DNA of 63,431 bases, filler included, from Welwitschia mirabilis (Eukaryota): NCBI GenBank assembly GCA_051453625.1. It is 4 parts of one record of this genome, joined end to end, with 100 filler letters (N's around TTAATTAATTAA, not from the genome) between each part and the next. Parts side by side here need not be neighbours in the genome. Positions count along the whole stretch, not along the records: positions 21,006 to 49,476 come from JBOZIK010000001.1; 3 more parts are not named here. One strand, 5' to 3'. The notes beneath the pieces were generated by a model. It saw nothing but the letters and a program-made list of their open reading frames with translations. It did not search any database and was not told where the DNA came from. Both the position numbers and the translations under genes were made by a program. Numbering within the stretch: position 1 is the first letter of the stretch; each line of letters opens with the position of its first letter. This document shows positions 26,300 through 38,080 of this stretch, in pieces.

Positions 26300-27650
26300 T
26301 CCTTTAATTTTGTTATTTATAAATTCTAATCTATTAAAATTATCTCCAATGATTTAAGAAACTAAAGGAAGAATAACAGAAAGTTCTTGCTATAACTGAT
26401 GATGGTCGTCCTAATTATTAGAAGCATAGAGAGAGAGAATTCCAAAAGAACCACAAAAAAAAAGAAGAAGAACATGGTTTAGAAACTTCTATAAGTAGAG
26501 TTTAAACTAGATTGAAGTAATTTATCTTTCCAGAAAGATAAAAAAAAAGACCTATCCTAGCTTTTTCAAGGAATTCTTAACTTTTTAAAGTCTAATAAAT
26601 TGAAATGAATGTCTAATTTGGAGAGAAAATCACTAGTCCTATTATGATAGAGACCATTTGTTAGTTCTAGACATTTCAAGATAAAATTTTTATGAGTTAC
26701 TCATAAGGTTTTTATTCGTGTCACTCTCGTAAAGGTCTACAATAAATTTTTAAGCTTTCATGCTATCACGGAGAGCCTGGCAAGGGCTTATATGCTACAT
26801 AGGAGAATCAAAACCTAAGGAATTTGAAGAAGTTAACTCTTTAGCATGAGCTAAAGATGTGTTTACACGCTTATTTCTAACTAGCAAAAAACCATCCTTT
26901 AAAGAAGTATCATCTCTTATAACAATAATGGATTGAGAAGGAGACTCTTAAGCATGAATAAAGATCATAGTAGAAGCAATAGTGGCTTTAGAAGTTAAAT
27001 AACTTTAATGAAATATTTTACTATTAAGGTCTCTTTATCATTGTAAATGTAAAGTAGGAGGAGCAAAGGTAGCTATAATGGACTTTCTAAAGATAAAGGT
27101 GACTAATGAGATTAAAACTTACAGTAGGAATTAAATGCTTTGCAAAAATGTCATCATGTTCTTTCTTGTGATCTAAACTTGATAAACAAAAATATGGTAG
27201 TACTTATGTTAACACTAGCTACAATAGTTGGGTAGATTGAAGTATCTAAAATTTTAGTTAAAAATGTCCCACTAGCTTGCAAATTTAAAGAATTTTTTTA
27301 CTCTAAAAGCTTAACTCCTACAAAGTAGCATTTCTACTCAAACACAATACCCTTTTCTAAAAATGAAATACCAAAAATAATATTACCAAACTTTAGAATC
27401 ATATCTTTCTCTGCTAATTTAAAAATAAAAGGAACATTTGAAAGCTCCACATAGCATGAAATATGCTAAGGTGTAGGGCCATCAACATAAAAATTAAATT
27501 TTCATGCACAAGTAGTTACAAGTTGGAGTTTGTGTGTAAAAGAGTATAGTAGATAAAACTTCTCCACAATGGAAGGATATTTAAGCTAGATGAAAACAAA
27601 TTTACATGCATAATATCATATTAATATTACATTAATACTCTTTAACATCA
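26300..27650 (+). mobile_element. Possible highly decayed gypsy gag remnant
   Basis: Fragments such as KPKEFEEVNSLA (~26810-26848) resemble retrotransposon gag; no ORF. Confidence 0.25.
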
Positions 27651-28429
27651 AAAGATTTTAAAGCTACATGAGGATACGCATATGACATAAAAGAAAACCC
27701 ACTATTTGAAAGAAAATAAGGCATGATGCATAATCCTTAGGAATGGATTCAAAGATATTTTCAAGTGAAGAAAAGTTAACAATAATTATATTCTTTATCT
27801 TGGTAATGAGTCATCAAGGTTCCTTTAGTATCATCATAAGATTAAGGAAAACATCAATCAAAGTTGTTTGAAGAAGCAATAATGGAGTAGTGGAAAATAT
27901 GATAGCATTTGCACAAAGTGTAAAATATCACCTGTAGAGGAATGAGGTGTATTTTGAATTAGTGTGTTCTCTATGACAAAACTACTAATTATTCAAAGGT
28001 TATTAAGGTTTATTTTTTAATTGAAATCGAAGAGGGAAAGGCATGCTATAAATATTTTATAGAGATATAATAACTAAAGTTCTGTGCCTGTAGAAGCTTT
28101 ATTACAATTTTCTATTTGTTTGTAAACAAGATAAGATGTAATATTAAAATCATCTTCATGATTAATAGTAATAGTAAGTATGATAGAAATCAAAAGAATT
28201 TTTAATTTTTTTAGAGAAATAATAAATAAATTACATGAACTCAAAAAGAGAAAGATTTACAACATAGCTCAAGAGCTAGATTTATAAGCACAATAGAAGT
28301 CTCTCTGGTATTCAAAACTTTATACATCAACATCTAATTTTGTTAACCCAAGATTTTAATTTAAATCAAAAATAGGTTCAAGGTTAGCATATCCCAATGG
28401 GTTTATAACAAATGGTAATCATTTGGGCT

Positions 28430-31400
28430 ATAGTTTTGGGAGTGGGATTGGGAGAGGGGTTAGATTTAGGAAATAGGGAAAGGAGCTAGAGGTTTATTTT
28501 GCTCTTCAACATTTTCTTATTCTTGTCATTTCTCCTCCTTCATGGCTTCTTATTCATACTTCTCTTACCTTGTTTGCTCTATATCTAATGCATCGTTAGT
28601 GTGCATTAAGGGTGCAGGGAGGTTGTACTCTTCGTCACTTTTTATATACTTTGACAGATCATACAACAACAGCTTTTGCATAGGTCCTCTTGGGATTTCT
28701 TGCCAAGTTAAGATGCTTGAACCAATTTGTATTTTTCTTTGATAAAAAAACCAAATCAATCCTTCATAGTATACCTTATAGCTTTGGAGGAATTAATGAA
28801 TAGAGTTAGAAATAAATAAAGAAAGATCTCTTTGAAACTCTCCCATTGTGGCAGCAAGAAAATAAAAGTATAGTTCCTTGATCTTGTCGAAGTGGCCCTC
28901 CAAAGTGAAGTATTTTATGATCAAGGCAGCTTAAGAATCAAATGGCCTCAATAAATCCTTCCTTTTGTAGATTTCACCTCTTTTTCTAAGTTTTTACTAA
29001 TTAATCTCTCAAAGTGAGGAACAATGGAAGCCTTTAGGGATCCCCTTTTCAACTCTATTCTTTGCAGACTTGTGCCAATGGCATTACAAATAGATGGAAT
29101 ATCAATAAAGATGGTAGTATTATCTATTGGAGAGGATTTATTATTCCAGGTTCTAAAAAAAATACTTAGAGAGATTAAGATCATGTCCTTTAAGGCTAAG
29201 CACATAAGAATCCCATGCAGCTACTTAAAAGGCCTCTAAAGTTTGCTCATGATGTAGTAATGTGTTGTGCTTAGTAGGTTTAGTCCTCATAGCCTTCCAC
29301 ATCTCTTCTAGTGCATTATTGTCATAGTAGCTACTTGGGTATGGTTCAGATGCTCCTCTCCAACATGTTTTCAATGCTCTTTGCTACGCATTCTCTTGGA
29401 AATCGGGCACAGTTCTATTTGCAGGGTTTAGACTACCTCGATTTTTATAGAACTGGATTTGATCTAGTTCTTCAATCTATTTAATAATTTTAAATTTAAA
29501 CTTTGGGATGGATAATTTCCCTATTAAAAGATAATGTTTCATCTATGCTTCCATAAGAGCCAAGCACTAACAATCATGAAGGTATTTTTTCTAAAATAGT
29601 AAAGGTATCCAAGCTAATGTAAGAAGGAGCAGAGATATTTAACCCATTTTCAAAGATCTTTCGCAATAGCACATTGAATGAAAAGATGATTTTGAGACTC
29701 ATTATCTTCATGGCATATTGGACAATCTTGATCAACTCTTAAATTTCTTAGAATAAGCTTATCTACTATGGAAATACATCCTTTCAACATATACCATCAA
29801 AACATTTTAATTTTCTTTAGAATATTTAGCTTCCACAATTTCTTCCATCTATGAACATACTTAAACAAATTATGATCAATAATTGATATGCTTATTTTAT
29901 CATTGTGGGTAGGAAAAATTTGATTTTCATAAACCTGAAGCCAAACCTCTCTAGTGGAACAAATCATGTGCTTCCAAATAGTATAATGCCTTGTTTTATC
30001 ATCATAATCTTCTTTGAAGAATTTAATCCATAGTATGTTGTTATTAAATAAAAATCTATAGTAGTGCTTATCAAGAATACATTTACTTATATTTATAGTT
30101 TTTCTAATGCCCAGAGAACCTACTTTCTTTTAATGTTATCTATCATGCTGACATACTTATTAGTTATAAGAAAGCAACTAGTAGGATAAATTATCATACT
30201 TAATAAGTAAGATTTGGCAAGGAGAATTTTTCCTGCACTTGATACAAATTTGTTTTCCCATCTTGTTAACTAAGCTATAATTTTCCTCACCAAATAAGTC
30301 CAAATTTTATCAGCAATCTGATCTAAGTTAAAAGGAAGAATAATATGGGCATTAGAAAAGGTAACTTGCGAGCACTGGAAAACTTGAGAGATAGTTGTCT
30401 TTCGGGCTTGAGGAGTTTGGATGAAAAAGAATTTTAATTTGTACCAATTTATTGCAAGACCTGAGAAACCATGGAACTTATTTAACAAATTGTGATTATA
30501 CCTTGCCACAGGAAGGCTATAGTCTAGACAAAGGAGAGCATCATCTACAAACTGAGGAATGGAATATGAAGGAGCTAGATTGATGGTAGAAATTTGATTC
30601 TAATTCTGAATGAAGAGATGGGCTAATAAGTTCATTACTAGAATAAAAAGACATGGAGAAAAGGGGGTCTTCTTGATGTAGGTCGCTACTACCTTAAAAG
30701 TAGCTATATCTCTCCTCATTGACCATAATAGAGAAAGTTGACATCGAGATACAAAAGTAAATGAGACGCGTGAGGGCTGCAAGTACACCGCGCTCCTGTA
30801 ACACATAGTCCACTCTTTCTCACTAGACTATGTCAAATGCTTTAGCTATATTAAAGTTAGGAAACATTGCAGGTTTTTATTTTTTATGATGTAGATGAAG
30901 GATGTCATTAGCAAGGATTATGTTGTCATGGATAATTCTTTCTGAAACAAAATTGGATTGAGGCAGGAGGACCATATCTAAAAAAAGTGCTTTAAATCTA
31001 TTTGCAATAATCTTAGTGCAAATCTTATAAAAAACATTATAAAGACTAATTGGCCTATACTGGTAAGGATTTTTCACATCTTCTATTTTAGGAATAAGAC
31101 TGAGAAGAGTGTCATTAAAAGATTTATAGAAAGTACCTTTCTTAAACATTTCTTGAATTGCATTACAAACATCAACTTTGATAATATCCCAAAAAGTCTG
31201 ATATAACTCTATAGTAAAGCCATCAGGACCTGGTGTCTTATTCTTTTTCATGGAGTGGATGGTATTACAAGTTTCCTCCTCTGTTACTCTTTAAATTAAA
31301 TAACATTGTTATTCTACAGTAATAAGAGAAGTAACTAGAACACTGCTAAAAACCATTGGCTTCTCTGTAAACAAATTCTGAAAATATTCAATAAAGGAAT

Positions 31401-34030
31401 TGGTAATTTGAGCATTAGACTTGCAGCGTGTTGTGGATGTGCTCCACTATATACTATTTTTTTACCTATGTCTATTTACTGTCTGGAAGAAAAATTTTAT
31501 GTTATGGTTCTCTTCTTTAAGCCATTAGATTCTAGATCACTGTTTCCAGTAAGTTTCTTCTTTCGAAGATATATCATGAATTTGGGAGATAAGATCCTCT
31601 TTATAACCTAAATCAGAACTGATGATTTCATTCTGCTTTTGGATAATGCTTAGCTCCTCTAATAATTGATTTTTAGTGTTTCTAAAGGAATGATTTAACC
31701 ATTTATTTGAAATAAATGGTTCATGCCTTAAAACTTTGGGCTTTTGAAATAATCTTTAAGTAGGATTATCTTTTAACTCAGTATTTCAAATATGATTGAC
31801 TTGTTCAATGTAGTTTGGATCTTTTAACTAAGAGTGCTCATTAGAGTTGTTGACAATAGGATTATGAATCTATGATTAGAAAAGAATCTAGCTCTTACTA
31901 TGAGAAAGAAATGCTTATTAGAGTTGTTGACTAAATACCTATTAATTCTTGACATATAAAGATTTTCATCTTCCCTGAGATTACTTCAAGTATAAAAAGC
32001 ACCATGAAGAGGGAGATCTATGAGGCTATTCTTATTAATAAAATTAGAGAAAATATCAATAGTGTAGAGATTGGGAACATTACCGAGCTTCTCATGAGGA
32101 CTAAGGATTTGATTGAAGTCACTCATAATGATATCTTAAAAATCTAATATAATGTGCTATAGACACTGGAGCCTTTGATCTACTTCTTGAGGCCCATAAA
32201 AGTTCGTGATTCTTCTCTTTTATCATTAAAAATCTAATCCATAGTAAGGTAGTTGTTACTCTTACTAATAGTAGATATGTTACCATGCTTCCAGAGGATC
32301 ATCAATCCCCCTTTTATGTCCATACTCGAAACTGAAATGAATAACCAAGGAAATTTCACATAAAAAATGACTAGTTTTTAGAGAATCAAGCTTTATTTCT
32401 TGAATAAAACACATAGAAACTAGTGAGTCCCTTAAAAGACTCCAAAGGTAGGAAATTTTTTGGCCATTCCTAAGGCCTCTGCAATTCTAGGAAATAATCA
32501 TGAAAAGGAGAGTTGAGATTGCTTACCATCTTGGATGTCCTCCTTTGTTTCCTTTTTAATATTGCTTTTTTGAGTATTCATTCCTATCCTTCTATCTATC
32601 TGTCCTAGTTTTCCATTTCTATTATTTATTGATGCATCCACCATGTGCTTATCAATGTTGTTTCCACTATCTTTAAGTTCCTATCCCTAATCCATGTCCA
32701 TTTATGACTGTTGTTGTGAATGGAGTGTTGGAACTAAGACCAATGCATTGTGGATGTGCTTTGTATATTCCTATTCTACTTTGTCATAGTTTTTTTCCAT
32801 TTCATTTTCCATGATATGTTCTAGTTTTTCTTCTGAAAGGATATCATACTTATTTGCCTACATGATAGGTTCATTATTCGAGAGTGAAGCTAGTTTCTTT
32901 TTCTCATTTTTCCTGAATTCTTACCAATTAATTTTTTATTTTTTTCTTGTTTTATTTTTCCATTGTGTGACCATGTTCTCCACATGTTAAACATTGTATA
33001 GGAAGATTTTCAATTTCAAGATTGGAGGTTGTTTAACCCACATAGTATCCAAGATGATTTTGTTTGCATTAAAACTATCCAGTTTCATATAAACACAAAT
33101 TCTAGTCGTTATCATTTTTGCCATGAGATTAGTATTTCTATTGAGTTTAACAATTCTCCTAACGTATTTCCAAATTGCTTAAAAAAATCAGGGTGCTATA
33201 TTTTTGGGTGAAGATTTAAAATCTGAATCTAAATCGAAATCTTCTTAATGATGGAGGGTTTATCAAGAATAAGATGAGACATTTTGTTAAAGCTAGATTT
33301 CTTCAGCCAAAAAAATAAGAGCCTCTTACCAAAACCTTATTCATATTGTCTTCCAAATCAAAAATAAAATGTAATAGTCCATCTTGAAGAGGGATTACCT
33401 TACATTTGGTGGGGAATCTCTGAGCACACCATAAGCATACTTTTCTATGAAGGGGATTCCTCCTAAAGAATAGAACTTACCAATAATACTATTCCTAAAT
33501 CAAGCCTCCAAGTGCTTCGAGTAGTTTATAGGCATCTTAGTATGAAAGGTTTTGCAATTACATTTGAAGCCAAAATCCAAGTTGGGAAAACTTTAAGAGT
33601 TGTTTCCCCTTATTGAAGTTGCAAAAGATTTCGTACCAAAGGATTCTGCTACCATTGAAGAGCCAGATGCCAAATGTGCTTCCATTACCTTGGACACCTT
33701 AGATCAAATTGAGCCTGCCCTTTCAAGTTTTTGGGGTTCATGAGTTATCGATTAAGAAACCTTCCCTCACGGGTAGGAAAACCGACGTGAGGTCTAAGCC
33801 TATTCTACTACGCCCTTTTAGGTTTTTACAGTAGATCATGCTACCAAGAAGTTAACAAGAGGGTACACTGAAGACGCATCATACTATAGATCTCCTGAAC
33901 GTGAGCTCTAAAACCTTAGCACGAGGCGATTGCGGAAGAGAGAGAACACACCAGCGTGTTGAAGACGCACAAAAAATGTCCTTCACACTGCCGTGATAGC
34001 CCTTTCCGCACTCCCTGAAGTGAAACCCTA
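28430..34030 (-). mobile_element. Near full-length degenerate L1-clade LINE (5'UTR, ORF1, ORF2 endonuclease-RT-zinc finger)
   Basis: ORF2 start MIIS*NCRGLG at 32501; KTPGPDGFT...QYRPISLYNVFYKI...IIANR (ORF 30877-31251); FVDDALL (~30532-30552); CPICHEDNESQNHLFIQC (~29670-29725); ORF1 remnants ~32550-33700. Ends approximate. Confidence 0.9.
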
Positions 34031-34031
34031 G
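34023..34031 (+). promoter_or_regulatory. Telo-box-like motif AAACCCTAG at L1 5' end / upstream of SNM1-like gene
   Basis: Motif visible; function inferred only. Confidence 0.25.
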
Positions 34032-34840
34032 CTTTGTTATTTCCTTTGCTCTGTTCTCAAAGAATTTTTAATTTTGAATTAGTGTTATGACTTATTAACT
34101 AATATGATTTGTAATTTAAGCATAATTCATAAATGGACCAGTTACCTCATACATATTTAAGAAATAAAGAAGGGTCTAAAAATAGTGCTTTGATTAGAGG
34201 CCTATTATGTAATTAACAAGATAAGTCTTACTAATAAAAGCTCAAAACAACTTTGCTGTTAGCATGATAAGTGATGATTTCATTAAAGGGGGAGTGTTAA
34301 GATGTCAAACTCAAAGCTTAGTTGATGGGATGGTAGTTCAACTGATGATATACTTCTTTGTCATTCAGAAGGTCTAGGATTTAAAACTCTAGATGATCTG
34401 ATTGGTATATTGTGAGGCCTTCAACATGTTTAAATCAGTTGTTTAAGTAATCATGGTAACCGTACCTCTAAGCCCAAGGTATGGTCATTAAAAGTTTCAA
34501 GTTTAACATCCCTCCAAATTTGAAACTTAGTGACTTATTCCTCTTTCCACAAAAGGATAGTCATCCTGATTACCAAAATAATTATTTAATTACAAATAAG
34601 GCCTTATAGAAGTTCTAGTGCCAAGCAAAAAATCTAAAGGTTGAAACCCCAACCTCTCGTGTAAAACAATTACCTTACAAACATTAACAATCTTTGATCA
34701 ATTTTTTATATATCATTTTTTAATTTTTTTTGAAGTGCTTAAATTGACCACGCGTTCGAAAAGTTGAAACTACGTCAACCAGACATAGGGGTAGACTCGA
34801 AATTGAATTTGAAAGAGTGCACGGTCTGAGCGGGAGGGAC

Positions 34841-36004
34841 ATGGGTACGCAGAGGCATAGCAAGGAGGAGAAGGAAAAGCAGAGTGATGATGCAGAAGAC
34901 ATGGCCATGGCAGTGGCTCTTGCACTCGCAGATGACGACGGTGATGACGACGACGATTTCCAAATGCCCCCTTATTCCACTACTCAGTCACTGCTTCTCA
35001 ACTCCCTGCACCGCTCCAATCAAAGGAATACTCTTCTCAGAAGATCAAAGCCCAAGAACCCTAAACGCAGAAGCCCTAAAAAGATCAAAACTACGCATCA
35101 CATAAACTTGCTACCCGCCCCCTCCATACCCCTTTTGGACATTACCAACATTGAAACCAAGAGCTGTTTGGAAAAAGAGCACAAGAAGGGGCCTCTCATT
35201 TCTTCCTCCCTTGTTTCAGACAATCCACGTGATTTACATCCGAAGGATTATCTGTGCAAGGGCTCCTCCATTGAAAGTAGATTGCTCGGACGGGGTCGAG
35301 ACCACAATTCTCTATTGCAAAACCCGGATGCTTGTCAGAGTTCTCTTCCGGGAGAAGCAGTTTCAAATGAATTTAATGAGACACAGCACTTGCCTTCTCA
35401 AATTGGGACTCAGATGAATGCTCTGTTGCAGCTTTGCTGTGATACCGAAGAACATGAAAAGACCGAACGGGACCGTTCAGACGTAAATGTAAACAAAATT
35501 GAGCCATCTTTCAGCGGTGGAGAGGAAGATGACATTAGTAGCCTTTTGACTCAGGCCCCAGCCATCGAAGCATTGCCTCTCGATGGCCATTTCAATGATG
35601 AAGGGCGTGTCTGTTCTTACACTGACGGCAAAGATGAGGAAAAACTCGTTTCTTCAGCGTCTCTTAATGTTGAAGACCGTATTACTAACAATGATGCCCA
35701 TCTATCCAGGAACAGCTCCCCGGACTTTGTTCAGAGAACCAGTTTGGGAACAGATGTCCACAGCGTCTCAATTCAGCAAAACAATTCTACTGTCTCTTGT
35801 GAGAGACAAAATGCAGAATTCTTTTTGGATGAGAATGGCTTAATTGCAGGCCCTCAAATGGTAACCGCTGAAGTTGAATCTTTTCCGAAGAGGGCAGACG
35901 AATTGGTGCAGTGCCCAGTTTGTGGGTTAGATATTAGTAATCTAAATGCTCTGGAGCGCCAGACTCATACGAACGATTGCTTGGACAAGGAAGAAGTAGA
36001 AAAG
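34841..36004 (+). CDS. SNM1: Exon 1 (388 codons, partial CDS) of SNM1/PSO2-family DNA cross-link repair protein (At2g45700/DCLRE1A-like)
   Basis: Only long clean ORF, CpG-retaining; ordered motifs DDDDDFQMPP, YLCKGSSIESRLL, MNALLQLC and UBZ-type finger QCPVCGLDISNLNALERQTHTNDCLDK match my recollection of the At2g45700 N-terminus; first ATG 34841; splice donor AAG|GTATGT at 36004/36005 (phase 0). SAM and metallo-beta-lactamase/beta-CASP exons not seen in the window. Confidence 0.85.
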
Positions 36005-36571
36005 GTATGTTCCATTCTTTAACACTTTTATACCGAAATCCTTAATCTTGTAGCTTTGGAGATTTACTGCAACCAAAGCTATTTTTTAACGCCATATCTG
36101 ATAATCAGCTTTCTTTGTATACTGTCTCATTAAGCCTGTGTTGTTGTAGAAGTAGATCACTTACCTTTCCCTTTATGGTTAGCATTAAAACTGACAAAAA
36201 ACTTAACTGACAAAAATAGTTTTTCGTCAGCCCTATTTGTCAGTTAGTGAGTCTCTCTGGTTCCTTGGTGGTCTTCTATGAGAGTCTTTAATTAAACCTA
36301 AGATAATGGTGTATGAGACGATGTCGAGTCAAATTATTATTTTTAGACAATTATTATTTTTAGACAACTATGTATGAGATAAAGCTGTGTTAAATTATAA
36401 TTTTTTGATATTTTGGAAGGGTCAGTTAACTATTAGTTAGAGTTGTAGGCTACAACTTGTTTGACTTTGTTTGAGTTATAGTTGCATATTTAATATAATT
36501 TTGAAATAGCGGTAAGAAGGTCTAAAGGCTTCCAACTTTATTGGTTTGAATTTATTGGACAAGAGAAATAA

Positions 36572-38080
36572 TCATGTCATGAAATATAAAAATGGATTCA
36601 ACAAAGTGGCCAACAACCGATGGATGCAACAAGAATAAATTGTAAAGATTACTTGCAATAATATTGACATTTTTCCACATATGCTGCATAAAAGATAGGT
36701 CAGGAAGACATGTTGTTCATTTTTAAGAGCTTCTGATCTACATAATCTACATGTATGCACTTCTTTAGTTGCGTTAATCCATCTCCCACTTTCAATTCTA
36801 AGCCAATGTGAACTTAAATGAAGCTTTCTAACTAGACTAGGAATCCTAATTGGGATAGGTGCAGTGAGAATCAACTACTGAGTTGACTTGGTTACCTCTA
36901 ATATGTTCAATATAGAATTCTCTCTTGCGTTGCATATTTGCCCATAATTTTGTTGACACTTGCTATTTAACTAACTTATGAATTTGCCTAGATTTGACCT
37001 GAATATCCTCTGATAAGATATTTCATTTCTTCAATCACTGCAACCCCTAAAAATACTATCCTTGCTCTTTTGTGGCTTTAAGAACTGCTTTAGAAAACTT
37101 TGTTTGCTCTGTTTCCATCAATTTTAAGGTAGAAGCACAATAATGACAAGTGGCTTTAGCTTCAATAGGTAGGAGATCAATTCTAACAGCATCATAGAGT
37201 AAGGCCTCTATGCCTTTACCTTTAGCTCATCAAGCAAGAATAATTTTTGAACCGTCTCATTATCTTGCCAATTTCTTTCACTAAGAGCTGGTCCCCATAG
37301 AGGACATCCATACAAAACAACAAGAAAGTTAGTGGATTGGAAGATTTGTTTTGGAACTTACCAAGCCCAAATCCCTGTCGAACTGCATTTATTTTTAATA
37401 GCACAAAAACTTTGATTCCACTTGCTATTCATTCTTCAATACATTTATCCTATCTCTAGTTATCAACAAGGTAAAGACCCAAATGTCTAAATGATTTCAC
37501 TATTTCTATTTTCTCAGCCCCAAAGATAAAATTGTGTTCCGGGTGCCCCAAATCATCATTTTGGTTTTCTTTATGTTGACTATCGAACCAAGATACTGAC
37601 AAAAGTTTTCCAAATTTTGGAGCATGTTTCCATACCTGTCTTAGATGTAGATACTAAAGCTACATCATCTGCATAAAGAAAAACTACATTGCAAGAGAAC
37701 CTATTGTAATGGCATATTGATGATGTTCTTTTCACAACTAGTCTTGCAACTCATCAATTAAGAGACCAAAAAGAGTCGAGGAGAGGGGACACCCTTGCTT
37801 TACTCCAATCTTATTGCAAAATTCAAAAATTTATTTAGATTAGTGTCTTTGATTTTACTGATAACCTCTTTGTATAGTTTTTAACTAATGGCAAAGAAGA
37901 TCTAAAGGGATCCCAACCTTATTAAGCCACAACCATAATTTGGTTGGATTCACAGAGTCATATGCTTTAGAAAAATCAATGAAGCAAAGAAAAAGTTTTT
38001 TGTTTGATTTTTTTTCAACCTCTATGCAGTGTCTTAGTGTGAGTAAGTGGTCAACAGTGGAATGATAGACCAAAAAGACA
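36572..38080 (-). mobile_element. 5'-truncated non-LTR retrotransposon (RTE/RTEX-like LINE), antisense in the SNM1 intron
   Basis: STVDHLLTLRHCIE...CFIDFSKAYDSV (37885-38073), GVKQGCPLS (~37781-37806), YADD (37664-37675), C-terminal SSHWLRIESGRW...CRLC...EQHVF (36572-36874). Confidence 0.85.

Noticed and set aside
34750..34756. ACGCGT (MCB/CGCG-box-like) motif upstream of the repair gene
   Set aside because: Single hexamer; no support beyond chance
34720..35843. Short alternative-frame and antisense ORFs over the exon
   Set aside because: By-products of GC-richer coding sequence; no motifs
34817..36022. 401-aa ORF as a complete single-exon gene
   Set aside because: Begins at GTG and runs past a consensus splice donor; catalytic domains are absent; ATG 34841 to donor 36004 preferred
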